64,000 nt of DNA from Spirochaetia bacterium. Lineage in GTDB: Bacteria; Spirochaetota; Spirochaetia; CADAEX01. Where the stretch lies: NCBI GenBank assembly GCA_963662795.1, contig OY759746.1, forward strand, positions 1,408,001 through 1,472,000, read 5' to 3'. Shown in pieces: positions 1 to 10,381 of this stretch; positions within the stretch are counted from its first letter, which is position 1, and the number at the start of each line of letters is the position of its first letter. A program made the translations under genes and the position numbers. A model generated the notes under the pieces. It worked only from the letters and a program-made list of their open reading frames with translations. It was not told the DNA's origin and made no database searches.

Positions 1-48
1 ATAAACAACATTGTAAGGCTTATAAAAGAACAAAGCTCAAAAAGCTGA
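1..48 (+). CDS. dnaA: 3' end of probable chromosomal replication initiator DnaA (truncated by window edge)
   Basis: Frame 1 reads INNIVRLIKEQSSKS-stop (TGA 46-48). Call rests on position upstream of DnaA boxes and dnaN, not on a diagnostic motif. Confidence 0.6.
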   Translation: MNNIVRLIKEQSSKS

Positions 49-287
49 TAAGCTGTTTATATGTTCTGTATAAGTATGGTACAATTGTGTGTAACTTTAC
101 TGATTAATCAGGTACCTGTGGATGAATGTTAATGAATGTTGATAACTTTTGTATTTTATCAACATCATAAACTGTTATTTAATATATAATTAAGGCGGTT
201 TTGCACATTTGAAGCGTCCTTATTATTATGATTATTGGAATTTATTAATATATTAATAATAAACTAAATTTTTTTGCGGAGATAAAT
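49..287. other. Candidate replication origin oriC (dnaA-dnaN intergenic)
   Basis: DnaA-box-like 9-mers TGTGTGTAA (86-94), TGTGGATGA (117-125), TGTTGATAA (137-145), TTATCAACA (156-164), TTTTGCACA (199-207). They are followed by an AT-rich TAT/GAT-repeat tract (221-270) resembling a DUE/DnaA-trio region. Confidence 0.75.
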
Positions 288-1388
288 ATGAAGTTCACTT
301 GCAGTAAAAATTCAATTATTAACGAAATCTCAATAGCACAGGATATTATTTCTTCAAGAAATGCCCTATCCATACTTTCAAACGTGCTTATTGAAGCGGA
401 CAGCAATTCGCTTGTAATCAAGGCTACAGATTTAAAAGTAGGTTTTGAAACAAAAATACCTGTTTCTGTGGAAACTCCGGGAAGCACAACAGTTTACTGC
501 GATAAATTCCTTGGAATACTGAGGGCAATGCCTGACGGGGATATTATTTTTTCTGTAGAAGACCAGAAACTTGATATAAAATCTTCAGACGGAAATATTA
601 ATTTTCAGCTAAAGATAATTGAATCGGAAAAATATCCTGCACTTAAAAATGTTTCGGATGACAGCTATTTTTCAATTTCCCAAAAAGATTTTATTGAAAT
701 GGTAAACCAGACAATATTCGCGGTTTCCGATGATGAAACAAGATATTTCATGAACGGAGTATATCTTGAATCAAGAGACGGCAAAATAATTATGGTTGCA
801 ACCGACGGAAGAAGGCTTTCACTTATAAACAAGGATTCCGCATCCCTGGCTGAAAATTTTGAAAGCATTATCATACCGGTAAAAATTCTTTCTCTTATAA
901 AAAAACTTGCATCGGGAGAAGGTGAATTTCTCCTTGCGGTTTCTGAAAAAACCTTGTTTATCAAATTTGACAGCAACAAGATATATTCAAACCTTATCGA
1001 AGGGCAGTTTCCAAATTATCAGAGAGTAATACCTGAAAAACAGGATCATATAGCAATTATCGGAAAAAATGATCTTTTATCCGCTCTCAGAAGAGTTTCT
1101 GTACTTGCCGAACAGAAATCAAAGAGGGTTTATATGCATATATCTGAAAACAAGGTTGTAATATATACTGAGGAAAGCGATATAGGAACAGCACATGAAA
1201 CACTCTCCTGCGAATACAGCGGGGATGATTATACACTTGTCGTTAATTATATGTATCTGCTTGAACCTGTTAAGGTTATGGAAGAGGATGATGTTTCAAT
1301 CAAATTTACGGAATCTTCAAAAGCCATTACCATAAATTCTGTTCCGGAGAGGGATTATTTTCACATAGTAATGCCTATGCAGGTATAA
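288..1388 (+). CDS. dnaN: DNA polymerase III beta sliding clamp
   Basis: 366 aa; ILSNVLIEA, ATDL, ATDGRRL, LIEGQFPNYQRVIP, C-terminal VMPM. Confidence 0.98.
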   Translation: MKFTCSKNSIINEISIAQDIISSRNALSILSNVLIEADSNSLVIKATDLKVGFETKIPVSVETPGSTTVYCDKFLGILRAMPDGDIIFSVEDQKLDIKSSDGNINFQLKIIESEKYPALKNVSDDSYFSISQKDFIEMVNQTIFAVSDDETRYFMNGVYLESRDGKIIMVATDGRRLSLINKDSASLAENFESIIIPVKILSLIKKLASGEGEFLLAVSEKTLFIKFDSNKIYSNLIEGQFPNYQRVIPEKQDHIAIIGKNDLLSALRRVSVLAEQKSKRVYMHISENKVVIYTEESDIGTAHETLSCEYSGDDYTLVVNYMYLLEPVKVMEEDDVSIKFTESSKAITINSVPERDYFHIVMPMQV

Positions 1389-1400
1389 AAGCAGGCTTCA

Positions 1401-2480
1401 TTGGGTCTTATTTCTGTATCGACATATAATTTCCGCAATCTTGAAAACTGTTCAGTAAATACAGATTCATCTGATATTTTCCTTGTCGGTGAAAACGGAC
1501 AGGGAAAAACAAATTTTCTCGAAGCAGTATACAGCCTCTGTTTCGGAAATTCTTTCAGAACCAGATATGATTCTTTTCTGATCAAGGAGAATGAAAAAGA
1601 GCTGTCTGTAAAAGGTTTGTATAGGGATGCTGATTTATTTGAAAACACCGTATTTTTAACCCTTGTAAACGGTAAAAAAGCCATACAGCTTAACGGAAAA
1701 AGGATTAAAGACAGAAAAGAGATTATTCATAATAATCCATGCATAGTTTTTTCACATGATGATATATATTTTGTAAACGGCCCTCCTGAAAGAAGAAGGC
1801 TTTTTTTCAACCAGACAATAAGCCTTTTTGATCTTTCTTTTCTTGATACCTTAAGAAGATATGAAAAGATACTTAAAAACAGAAACGCTCTTTTAAAGGA
1901 AAACTCAACAGAGCTTCTAGAAATTCTGGACCTGCAGCTGGCGGAAGAGGGGCTTGAGATAGGCAAAACAAGAAAAAAAGTTATTGAAGAGTTCAATGCG
2001 ACTTTCAGCCCTGTTTTTTCAAGGGTTTCCGGGCTTGATGCCGGAATAAGGATAATATACAGACCTTCGTGGAACCCGGATTCGACAGCTTTAGATGTAG
2101 CAAAGCTTCTGGCAGCGAAAAGAAACGCCGAATTTGCAGCCGGTACAACATTGAGCGGCCCCCACAGGGACGGTTTTTTTTATTACATGGATAAAAAGGA
2201 TTTTACAAAAATAGCCTCAACCGGACAGACGAGACTTATTTCACTTTCTCTCAGAACTGCCCAGGCGGATTTTTACAGGCTTAAAACAGGAAGAAAGCCG
2301 CTTGTTCTTCTCGATGACGTGCTTCTTGAGCTTGATAAAACAAGAAAAATAAGGTTTATTGATGCATTCCCTGAGTATGAACAGGCTTTTTATACTTTTC
2401 TGCCGGGCGAAGAAAAGCTGATGGGCGGAAAGAAGGGAATATTTTATACAGTAAAGAACGGAGTTATCAGGGAACAATGA
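1401..2480 (+). CDS. recF: DNA replication/repair protein RecF
   Basis: NFRNL, Walker A GENGQGKTNFLEA, GPHRD, STGQ, LLDDVLLELD; follows dnaN. Confidence 0.97.
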   Translation: MGLISVSTYNFRNLENCSVNTDSSDIFLVGENGQGKTNFLEAVYSLCFGNSFRTRYDSFLIKENEKELSVKGLYRDADLFENTVFLTLVNGKKAIQLNGKRIKDRKEIIHNNPCIVFSHDDIYFVNGPPERRRLFFNQTISLFDLSFLDTLRRYEKILKNRNALLKENSTELLEILDLQLAEEGLEIGKTRKKVIEEFNATFSPVFSRVSGLDAGIRIIYRPSWNPDSTALDVAKLLAAKRNAEFAAGTTLSGPHRDGFFYYMDKKDFTKIASTGQTRLISLSLRTAQADFYRLKTGRKPLVLLDDVLLELDKTRKIRFIDAFPEYEQAFYTFLPGEEKLMGGKKGIFYTVKNGVIREQ

Positions 2481-2770
2481 AAAGAGCTGGAGATTTACTT
2501 AAGGAATTTTTTGATAACCTTAAAATAAAGGATAACGGGACAGAGACAATCTTTACCTCATGGGAAAATATTGCGGGGACTGATATTGCATCCCATTCAA
2601 GGATAAAGGACTATAAAAAAAATATTCTTACAATCGAGGCTGATCATCCGGGGTGGATACAGATAATAAATCTTAAAAAAAACCAGATAATCCAGAGGAT
2701 AAGCGAAAAGTTTCCTGATAAGGAAATTGATGAAATTATGGTAGTCTTAAGGAAAACCAAAAAGAGCTGA
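2477..2770 (+). CDS. dciA: DciA/DUF721 helicase-loading protein
   Basis: 97 aa; WENIAG..IASHS, L.IEADHPGW.Q; canonical position after recF with ATGA overlap. Confidence 0.85.
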   Translation: MKRAGDLLKEFFDNLKIKDNGTETIFTSWENIAGTDIASHSRIKDYKKNILTIEADHPGWIQIINLKKNQIIQRISEKFPDKEIDEIMVVLRKTKKS

Positions 2771-2774
2771 TCAG

Positions 2775-2804
2775 TTGACATCCGCTGTTATAATAAATTA
2801 TAGT
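2775..2804 (+). promoter_or_regulatory. Sigma70-type promoter for the rpmH operon
   Basis: TTGACA (2775-2780), 18-bp spacer, TATAGT (2799-2804). Confidence 0.6.
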
Positions 2805-2871
2805 AAAATCTCTGTAAAAAAATAGATAAAAAACTAACCTGAGGTTAGAAACAATATAAGGAGTTTCTTGA

Positions 2872-3027
2872 ATGAAAAGGACTTATCAACCAAGCAAGGT
2901 AAAAAGAAACAGAAAATTCGGATTCCGGGCCAGAATGAAAACAGTCGGCGGAAGACTTGTTCTGATGAGAAGAAGACAGAAGGGAAGAAAAAAGCTCTCT
3001 GCAGCAGATGAGAAAAAACCTTACTAG
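2872..3027 (+). CDS. rpmH: 50S ribosomal protein L34 (absent from the ORF track, 51 aa)
   Basis: Manual translation [51 protein letters not shown]; RBS AAGGAG upstream. Confidence 0.98.
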   Translation: MKRTYQPSKVKRNRKFGFRARMKTVGGRLVLMRRRQKGRKKLSAADEKKPY

Positions 3028-3367
3028 AAAGGAAAGAATCGGAAAAAAAGATATTTCAAAAGTTTTTGAATTATCTGACAGTAAAAAAAATTCCTGCATA
3101 CGATTGTTATATTGCAGGAATGGAATTACCTGGAACAGAATCGCTGTCGTTTTAAGGAAAGGATACGGCAATTCGGTAGAGAGAAACAGGGCAAAAAGAA
3201 TAATAAAAGAAATTTATCGGGAAGTAAAAAACTATTTGCCGGAAGGATATGATCTTATATTTTTATTGACCGGAAAGATAACTGATTATCAGTCTGCCAG
3301 TAATATAATTGTTTCTCTTTTAAAGAAGGCAGGACTTATGGATGTTGCTGGAAAAATTTTTCAATAA
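3008..3367 (+). CDS. rnpA: Ribonuclease P protein component
   Basis: RNR motif [11 protein letters not shown]; overlaps rpmH 3' end. Confidence 0.95.
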   Translation: MRKNLTRKERIGKKDISKVFELSDSKKNSCIRLLYCRNGITWNRIAVVLRKGYGNSVERNRAKRIIKEIYREVKNYLPEGYDLIFLLTGKITDYQSASNIIVSLLKKAGLMDVAGKIFQ

Positions 3368-3569
3368 TATACTTATAACGCTTGTTATTATATATAGAAA
3401 ACTTATATCTCCGCTTATTCCCCCATCCTGTATTTATTATCCAACCTGTTCAGCGTATGCTATAGAGGCGTTAAAAAAATACGGTCCGCTGAAAGGCAGT
3501 CTTCTTTCCATAAAACGAATTTTGAGATGTCATCCTTTCAAGAAAGGGGGGCATGATCCTGTTCCATGA
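3342..3569 (+). CDS. yidD: Membrane protein insertion efficiency factor YidD
   Basis: [24 protein letters not shown]. Confidence 0.96.
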   Translation: MLLEKFFNNILITLVIIYRKLISPLIPPSCIYYPTCSAYAIEALKKYGPLKGSLLSIKRILRCHPFKKGGHDPVP

Positions 3570-3584
3570 TTTTTAGGAGTTAAA

Positions 3585-5345
3585 ATGGAAAAAAATACTA
3601 TTCTCGCAATAGTTTTGTCAGTCGTTATAATAACAACAGGTTTTTATGTTCAGGAAAAATTTTTCGCCGCCCCGAATACTGCGGCGGCTTCACAGACATC
3701 TGCCCAATCTGAGGCGCCCTCAACTGCGGACAAGGCCTCCGGGTCTCTTCAGGAGGCAGAACCTTCAAAAGTTGATCTTTCCGCTGTTTCTGTAATTACA
3801 AACAGGGAAGAAGACCCCGATTATTACAGGGAAATAAATCTTGAAACCGAGGTTTTTGATATTGTTTTTTCAAATCTCGGAGGCACAGTCAAATCAATCA
3901 AACTGAAAAAACACCTCGACGGCGATGTTCCTCTTGAAATGATAAATAAAAATTCAGAAGAACTCACAGCGTTTAACCTGCAGATGGGTGATTATAACGC
4001 TGAGACCCTTAAAGTTTATTTTGATATGAGGAAATATACCCAGAATGACAATATCATTGTTGAATTTACAAAAGACCTTGATATACCGGGAAGATCCGGC
4101 GTTACAATTCCCCTTACCATAATAAAGAAATATATTTTCAAAGCCAATGAATACATGATGGAACTGCAGGTGCAGATGGTAAACCGCAATAATGATGTAA
4201 TCAGGCTTGATAACAATGGTTTCGCGTATACCTTGAGCTTCGGCCCCCAGATAGGCCCGAAGTTTGTGAAACTTGATAACAGAAGGGAATTCAGAAAATA
4301 CCTGACAGTATCTGACGGAAAGAAGAAAATACATAAAATGCCGCGCGGAAAGGGAGAGGTGGAACTTAATGACAGATTTACCTGGGCCGGCATATCCGGA
4401 AAATACTTTACTGTGATAGGTATACCGGATTCAACACTGTACAGAACTGTTTTTTCAAACAGCCCTGTTGACGGTTTTGATGAAGGGGCCAGGATGTTTT
4501 TCTCGAGGCCTGTAATAAAAAGTTCCAACAGCATTGACACCTTCCGGTTTTATATAGGCCCGAAAAGGGGAAATATACTTAAATTATACAATGATGCGGA
4601 TAAAAACGGATTCAGCATAACAGGGCTTGATCTTGATCTTGTCCTTGACTCAGGCGCGATGCTCGGCTGGCTGCAGCAGATACTTAAAGTGCTTCTTAAC
4701 TTTTTTTACGGTATAATCCCCAACTACGGGGTAGCTATACTCCTTCTTACAATTTTTGTAAAGATTGTCATGTTTCCCCTTACACATAAAAGTTATGAAT
4801 CAACAAGCAAGATGTCCGGCCTTTCTCCAAAGGTAATGGAGCTTAAGGAAAAATATAAAAACAATCCGCAGAAGATGAACCAGGAAATTTCCGCGATATA
4901 TAAAAAAGAAGGGGTAAACCCTGTCGGCGGATGCCTTCCTCTTTTACTCCAGATGCCTATCTTTATAGCGCTTTACGGCCTTTTAAGCAGCCACTTTGAA
5001 CTTCGGGGAGCGGGATTCATCAGCCCGTGGATTACAGACCTTTCTGTAGCAGATTCAATTTTCAGTTTCGCACCGACTACAATTCCTGTCATAGGAAGCG
5101 ATATAAGGCTCCTTCCGATCCTGATGATTCTGACACAGCTCCTGTCAAGCAAAATGATGCAGACTCCCGATTCAGCCAACAATGCGCAGATGAAAATGAT
5201 GACCTATATGATGCCTCTTATGTTTCTGTTCATTTTATACGACGCACCGTCAGGGCTGCTGATCTACTGGACAATGACAAACGTCCTCACTGTTATTCAG
5301 CAGTATTTTGTAAACAAATTCATGAAGAAGAAAAAATCTGCATGA
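3585..5345 (+). CDS. yidC: Membrane protein insertase YidC (housekeeping, with periplasmic domain)
   Basis: 586 aa; N-terminal TM, large periplasmic region, NYGVAILLLTIFVK, GGCLPLLLQMPIF, WITDLS, PSGLLIYW. Confidence 0.97.
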   Translation: MEKNTILAIVLSVVIITTGFYVQEKFFAAPNTAAASQTSAQSEAPSTADKASGSLQEAEPSKVDLSAVSVITNREEDPDYYREINLETEVFDIVFSNLGGTVKSIKLKKHLDGDVPLEMINKNSEELTAFNLQMGDYNAETLKVYFDMRKYTQNDNIIVEFTKDLDIPGRSGVTIPLTIIKKYIFKANEYMMELQVQMVNRNNDVIRLDNNGFAYTLSFGPQIGPKFVKLDNRREFRKYLTVSDGKKKIHKMPRGKGEVELNDRFTWAGISGKYFTVIGIPDSTLYRTVFSNSPVDGFDEGARMFFSRPVIKSSNSIDTFRFYIGPKRGNILKLYNDADKNGFSITGLDLDLVLDSGAMLGWLQQILKVLLNFFYGIIPNYGVAILLLTIFVKIVMFPLTHKSYESTSKMSGLSPKVMELKEKYKNNPQKMNQEISAIYKKEGVNPVGGCLPLLLQMPIFIALYGLLSSHFELRGAGFISPWITDLSVADSIFSFAPTTIPVIGSDIRLLPILMILTQLLSSKMMQTPDSANNAQMKMMTYMMPLMFLFILYDAPSGLLIYWTMTNVLTVIQQYFVNKFMKKKKSA

Positions 5346-5367
5346 GGAAATGCAAGGAGATACAAAC

Positions 5368-6045
5368 ATGATAATGGAATTTGACGGAAAAACAGAAAAA
5401 GAAGCCATTGACAAGGCGATAGCAGAGCTTGGACTTGAAAGGGATGAGTTTGATGTAGAAATTGTGGAAACCGAGAAAAAAGGATTTTTCTTCAAGAAAG
5501 GTAATGTAAAAATAAAGGTACACCTTAACAGCGGCGATATATATGCCGCCCCGGTACGGAAAGAAAAAATATATGAACCTGAATCCGACTGTGAAAAAGA
5601 GATAAAAGAGTACCTTGAAGGACTTCTTGAAAAAATGGGATTTCCGGGGATTGTTTCAATCAGCTTCCGCGAGGAGAACAAGATCGGATATTCAATAAAT
5701 TCTGAATATTCAGGCATTCTGATCGGGAAAAAAGGGAAAAACCTTGATGCTGTCCAGCTTATTGTAAATGTATTTGCGGGGCGCTACCCCGGCTCGCCGA
5801 GGATTATTATAGATACTGAAAATTACCGCGTAAGAAGGGAAGAAAGCCTGGTAAGGCTTGCGGTAAGATCAGCCGAACAGGTACGCAGAAGCCGCAGGTC
5901 CAAGCTGCTTGAACCTATGAACCCTTTCGAAAGAAGAGTAGTCCATACTGCCCTGAACGGAATGGAGGATATTGCCACCAAAAGCGACGGAGAGGGACTT
6001 TTCAAGCAGGTAAGGATAATCTACAGGGGAAGACAGGAAAGATAA
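5368..6045 (+). CDS. jag: RNA-binding protein Jag/EloR/KhpB (Jag_N, KH, R3H)
   Basis: GILIGKKGKNLDAVQ (KH), PMNPFERRVVH (R3H); start moved to ATG 5368 after RBS AAGGAGA. Confidence 0.95.
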   Translation: MIMEFDGKTEKEAIDKAIAELGLERDEFDVEIVETEKKGFFFKKGNVKIKVHLNSGDIYAAPVRKEKIYEPESDCEKEIKEYLEGLLEKMGFPGIVSISFREENKIGYSINSEYSGILIGKKGKNLDAVQLIVNVFAGRYPGSPRIIIDTENYRVRREESLVRLAVRSAEQVRRSRRSKLLEPMNPFERRVVHTALNGMEDIATKSDGEGLFKQVRIIYRGRQER

Positions 6046-6071
6046 TTTCAGCTTACTGAATAAAAGATATG

Positions 6072-6106
6072 AAAAGGGCTTCGTCTAATTTGACAAGCCC
6101 TTTTTT
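6072..6106. terminator. Bidirectional intrinsic terminator between convergent jag and the wecA-like gene
   Basis: AAAAGGGCTT-cGTC-taattt-GAC-AAGCCCTTTTTT hairpin with A- and T-runs on the two flanks. Confidence 0.75.
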
Positions 6107-7173
6107 CTGTCCTGATTTTTATAGTGGAGTTTGATAAAAAGGGCTGTATAAATGGTCCAGATCAGGAAAAAAATAATAAAACCCCAGTCATGCCAGATAT
6201 TTTCCATATAGATATATAAAAGCCCGGATAGGCCCGCGAAAATCGAAAAAACATAAATAACAAGCAGTATTTTCTTCTGTGAGAGACCGAAATCAATCAG
6301 TTTGTGGTGAATGTGCTCCCTGTCGGGGGAAGATATCGGCAGGTGCCGCCTTTTTCTCCTCAGGATTGCAGCGATCATATCAAGCGCCGGAATCACAAGT
6401 ATTATAAGGGGCATAAAAAATATCTTTGATGAGACGTGGCTTGTCTTGTTTATTAGCGGAATTATGGCAAGGCTGAATCCGAGAAAAAGGCTTCCGGAGT
6501 CTCCCATGAATATTTTCGCGGGGGGAAAATTGAATACCAGAAACCCTGAAACAGCCCCCATAAGCGCGAAGGAAAGGCCTGATGCCGTGTAATTGCCTGT
6601 AGCATAAAAAATAATCCCGTAAAAAAACGATGCGATTAAGGCAATGCCGCCGGCAAGTCCGTCCATGCCGTCCATGAGGTTAAGGGCATTGCAGAGGCTT
6701 ATTATCCAGAATACTGTAATTATGTGGGAAAATATTCCCATATCAATGTTTCTGCCCGCAAAAGGGATATAAAAGGTCTGAAAATTAAATCCGCCTGATG
6801 TGACAATCAGGGCGGCTATTGTCTGTATAAGAAACTTGTGCCATGCCCGCATGCCGATAAAATCGTCGGCTATACCCATAAGGGTAATAATCAGAAAGCC
6901 GAAAGCGAGGGCCAGATGGCGGTATTTTGATACACTGTTGAGGTTTACGTCAAATATCTTGCAGATAAGGAGAAAAATAAAGACAGCGGCTATAAACGAT
7001 ACGAAAATACCCAGGCCGCCTATACGGGGAATATTGCCTGAATGTATTTTCCTGTCGTTTGTGATGTCAAACCATCTGTTTTTATGCGATAATTTTATAA
7101 GAATCGGTGTAATAACAAGATTCATTATTGACGCGGAAAGTGTTATTATTAATAATATCAGAATATTTTGCAT
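6085..7173 (-). CDS. Undecaprenyl-phosphate GlcNAc-1-phosphate transferase (WecA/TagO, MraY family)
   Basis: RKIH...PRIGG, G.ADD, NALNLMDGMDGL, FNFPPAKIFMGDSGS, DREHIHH; multi-TM. Confidence 0.92.
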   Translation of the reverse strand: MQNILILLIITLSASIMNLVITPILIKLSHKNRWFDITNDRKIHSGNIPRIGGLGIFVSFIAAVFIFLLICKIFDVNLNSVSKYRHLALAFGFLIITLMGIADDFIGMRAWHKFLIQTIAALIVTSGGFNFQTFYIPFAGRNIDMGIFSHIITVFWIISLCNALNLMDGMDGLAGGIALIASFFYGIIFYATGNYTASGLSFALMGAVSGFLVFNFPPAKIFMGDSGSLFLGFSLAIIPLINKTSHVSSKIFFMPLIILVIPALDMIAAILRRKRRHLPISSPDREHIHHKLIDFGLSQKKILLVIYVFSIFAGLSGLLYIYMENIWHDWGFIIFFLIWTIYTALFIKLHYKNQDRKKGLSN

Positions 7174-7246
7174 AACAGTGCTTTAATTTACCATTAAACT
7201 GTGAATTATAAAATACCTTTTATACAAATAAATATGGAGTGAGAAA

Positions 7247-8692
7247 GTGGATTATAAAGTAAAGGATCTTTCCCTGTATGAATGGGGGAGAAAAGAAATC
7301 GAGATGGCGGAAAAGGAAATGCCCGGTCTTATGGCTGTCCGTGAGAAATACGGCAGGGAAAAACCGCTTAAGGGTGTAAGGATCACAGGGTCCCTTCACA
7401 TGACAATACAGACAGCTGTTTTAATTGAAACACTGATCGAACTCGGAGCTGATGTAAGGTGGTCAAGCTGCAATATATTTTCCACCCAGGACCATGCCGC
7501 GGCCGCAATTGCTGTCGGCAGGGACGGGACACCTGAAAACCCGAAGGGAATACCGGTATTTGCCTGGAAAGGGGAAACACTGGCCGAATACTGGCACCTC
7601 TTGAATCTCTCCCTGACATTTCCCGGGGGAAAAGGGCCTGAGCTTATAGTTGATGACGGCGGGGACGCGACACTTATGATACACCTGGGATGCCAGGGAG
7701 AAAAGGACAGCGCCCTTTTTGACAGGAAAGGGGAAAGCGGAGATGAAAGGGCCCTCTTAAATGAGCTTAAAACCACATTTAAGGATGACAGCTCAAAATG
7801 GGGCAGAATTGCCAAAGAGTGGAAAGGCGTTTCAGAGGAAACCACCACAGGAGTGCACCGCCTCTACAAAATGGCTGAAAAAGGGGAACTCCTTGTCCCT
7901 TCCATGAATGTCAATGATTCAGTAACAAAAAGCAAGTTCGACAACCTTTACGGCTGCAGGGAATCCCTTGTAGACGGAATTAAGAGGGCGACCGATGTAA
8001 TGACCGCAGGAAAGGCAGCTGTGGTATGCGGTTACGGCGATGTGGGCAAGGGCTCGGCGCAGTCTCTCCGGGGGATGGGATCGCGTGTAATTGTAACTGA
8101 AATCGACCCGATATGCGCCCTTCAGGCGGCGATGGAAGGGTATGAAGTAAAGACGGTTGAGGACACTCTCGGTGAAGGTGACATCTATGTTACCACTACA
8201 GGCAACAGGGACGTTATTACAATAGGCCACATGGCAAAAATGAAAGATCAGGCAATTGTGTGCAATATCGGCCATTTTGACCATGAGATACAGGTGCATG
8301 AGCTTGAAACATTTCCTGGAATCAAAAAAATAAACATAAAGCCCCAGGTAGACAAGTATATTTTCCCGCCCACAAAAGAGAGGCCGGAAGGGCACGCAAT
8401 TTACCTTCTTGCAGAAGGGCGCCTTGTAAACCTCGGCTGCGCGACAGGTCATCCCTCTTTTGTCATGTCGAACTCGTTTACGAATCAGACCCTTGCCCAG
8501 ATTGACCTCTGGAGGAACAGGGATAATTATAAACCCGGCGTTTACAGGCTTTCCAAACAGCTTGATGAAGAGGTTGCGAGGCTTCACCTTGAAAAAATCG
8601 GGGTTAAACTTACAAGGCTCAATAAGGAACAGGCCGAATATATAGGGGTGCCGGTGGAAGGGCCCTATAAAAGCGAACATTACAGATATTAA
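7247..8692 (+). CDS. ahcY: Adenosylhomocysteinase
   Basis: [60 protein letters not shown]-terminal YRY; GTG start. Confidence 0.99.
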   Translation: MDYKVKDLSLYEWGRKEIEMAEKEMPGLMAVREKYGREKPLKGVRITGSLHMTIQTAVLIETLIELGADVRWSSCNIFSTQDHAAAAIAVGRDGTPENPKGIPVFAWKGETLAEYWHLLNLSLTFPGGKGPELIVDDGGDATLMIHLGCQGEKDSALFDRKGESGDERALLNELKTTFKDDSSKWGRIAKEWKGVSEETTTGVHRLYKMAEKGELLVPSMNVNDSVTKSKFDNLYGCRESLVDGIKRATDVMTAGKAAVVCGYGDVGKGSAQSLRGMGSRVIVTEIDPICALQAAMEGYEVKTVEDTLGEGDIYVTTTGNRDVITIGHMAKMKDQAIVCNIGHFDHEIQVHELETFPGIKKINIKPQVDKYIFPPTKERPEGHAIYLLAEGRLVNLGCATGHPSFVMSNSFTNQTLAQIDLWRNRDNYKPGVYRLSKQLDEEVARLHLEKIGVKLTRLNKEQAEYIGVPVEGPYKSEHYRY

Positions 8693-8711
8693 AAATTTGG
8701 AGATAAAAATT

Positions 8712-9872
8712 ATGAGCGGAAGAAAATACTTATTCACTTCAGAGTCGGTAAGCGAAGGGCACCCGGACAAGATCTGCGACCAGATATCGGACGCTGTGCT
8801 TGACGCATGCCTTAAAGAGGACCCTGAGTCCCGTGTTGCATGTGAAACCTTTACAACAACAGGCATGGTCCTTGTCGGCGGCGAAATTACAACCAACACC
8901 TATGTCGATATTCAGGATATAGCCCGCGGGGTTGCCAAGAAGATAGGGTATGACAGGGCCGAATACGGCCTTGATTACGCCTCGATGGCGGTCCTTAATA
9001 CTATCCATTCGCAGTCGCCGGATATTTCCCAGGGAGTATCGGGAACAGGGCTGTTTGAAGGGCAGCAGGGAGCGGGGGACCAGGGGATGATGTTCGGTTT
9101 TGCCTGCAATGAGACGGAAGAGCTTATGCCGGCGCCTATCATGCTTTCACATAAACTTCTTATACATGCGGCAGGTCTCAGAAAAGGCGGCGAGCTTACA
9201 TGGCTCAGGCCCGATTCAAAGAGCCAGGTTACGATCGAATACGAAGGGCATGTTCCCAAAAGGATAGACGCCGTAGTTGTATCTCATCAGCATGACGATA
9301 ACGTAACATACAATCAGCTTAAAAATGATATAATAAGCAAAATTGTAAAGCCTGTGCTTGAGCCTACAGGCCTTCTTGACAGGGAAACAAAATACTATAT
9401 AAACCCGACAGGGCGTTTTGTAATCGGAGGGCCTCACGGAGACTCTGGGCTTACGGGAAGAAAGATAATAGTCGACACGTACGGCGGCATGGGGCGCCAC
9501 GGCGGCGGGGCTTTTTCCGGAAAGGACCCGAGCAAGGTTGACAGGTCGGCCGCCTACATGGCCCGGTATGTGGCGAAAAACATTGTAGCCGCAGGTCTCT
9601 GCGAAAGGTGCGAGGTACAGCTTGCATACGCCATCGGTGTGCCGTTTCCTGTATCAGTGATGGTTGAAACTTTCGGAACCGCAGCAGTAGATGAGATAAA
9701 AATAGAAAACGCGGTAAAGGATGTCTTTGACCTTACACCATCAGGCATTGTTAAAACGCTTGATCTAAAAAAACCGGTTTACCAGAAAACAGCGGCCTAC
9801 GGCCATTTCGGCCGGGACAGGTTTTCCTGGGAACAGACAGATAAAGCGGATGAGCTTAAAAAACTTGTCTGA
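8712..9872 (+). CDS. metK: S-adenosylmethionine synthetase
   Basis: [28 protein letters not shown]; start moved to ATG 8712 after GGAG. Confidence 0.99.
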   Translation: MSGRKYLFTSESVSEGHPDKICDQISDAVLDACLKEDPESRVACETFTTTGMVLVGGEITTNTYVDIQDIARGVAKKIGYDRAEYGLDYASMAVLNTIHSQSPDISQGVSGTGLFEGQQGAGDQGMMFGFACNETEELMPAPIMLSHKLLIHAAGLRKGGELTWLRPDSKSQVTIEYEGHVPKRIDAVVVSHQHDDNVTYNQLKNDIISKIVKPVLEPTGLLDRETKYYINPTGRFVIGGPHGDSGLTGRKIIVDTYGGMGRHGGGAFSGKDPSKVDRSAAYMARYVAKNIVAAGLCERCEVQLAYAIGVPFPVSVMVETFGTAAVDEIKIENAVKDVFDLTPSGIVKTLDLKKPVYQKTAAYGHFGRDRFSWEQTDKADELKKLV

Positions 9873-9876
9873 TTAA

Positions 9877-10341
9877 TTAATGGATTTGGGCCTTCCCCTG
9901 ATAATCAGCGGAAGGCTTTTTTTCTTTTGGTTTATGTGTCAACAGGGATACAATTCCCGTTCCGAGCATAATAAGATGCCAGCCCGCGAAGTTATTCCAA
10001 AAAAGCTCTTTTTCATCCATATCCTGATGTAAGGGAACTGCGATATTATAGGCGCACAGCCCCAGATACATAGACCAGGCTGCAACCTTGATCTCCAGGC
10101 TGCTGACACCCGAATCATTGAAGGTAAAAGGGGAGATTACAGTTCCCATTATTCCGTACGGCATCGGGTAATATGCCGCGAAAACAGAGTTAATGGCTAT
10201 AAACCCCTCAAGCAGTGATAACGCGCCAAGCATCTCAGCGGAAGAGAATTCCTTCTTTTCCGGAGGAATTATTTCTTCGGCAGATATTCCGGCGGATATG
10301 CTTAACAGCAGAATAACGCAGATAAAAATAATCTTTGACAT
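9877..10341 (-). CDS. Hypothetical membrane protein with signal peptide
   Basis: 154 aa; signal-like N-terminus (ISA-E), 3-4 hydrophobic segments; no recognised motif. Confidence 0.6.
   Translation of the reverse strand: MSKIIFICVILLLSISAGISAEEIIPPEKKEFSSAEMLGALSLLEGFIAINSVFAAYYPMPYGIMGTVISPFTFNDSGVSSLEIKVAAWSMYLGLCAYNIAVPLHQDMDEKELFWNNFAGWHLIMLGTGIVSLLTHKPKEKKPSADYQGKAQIH
9890..9923 (+). terminator. Intrinsic terminator of ahcY-metK
   Basis: GCCTTCC-c-CTGAT-a-ATCAG-c-GGAAGGC followed by T7. Confidence 0.8.
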
Positions 10342-10381
10342 AAGATTATTATATTCAATTATTAACAGGATGTAAAAAATA

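Noticed and set aside
7174-7246. SAM or SAH riboswitch upstream of ahcY-metK
   Set aside because: Only 73 bp, AT-rich, shared with a divergent gene, and no recognisable aptamer core.
7919-8899. 326-aa minus-strand ORF
   Set aside because: Antisense shadow of the highly conserved ahcY/metK genes; no motif. The other short ORFs overlapping assigned genes were rejected on the same grounds.
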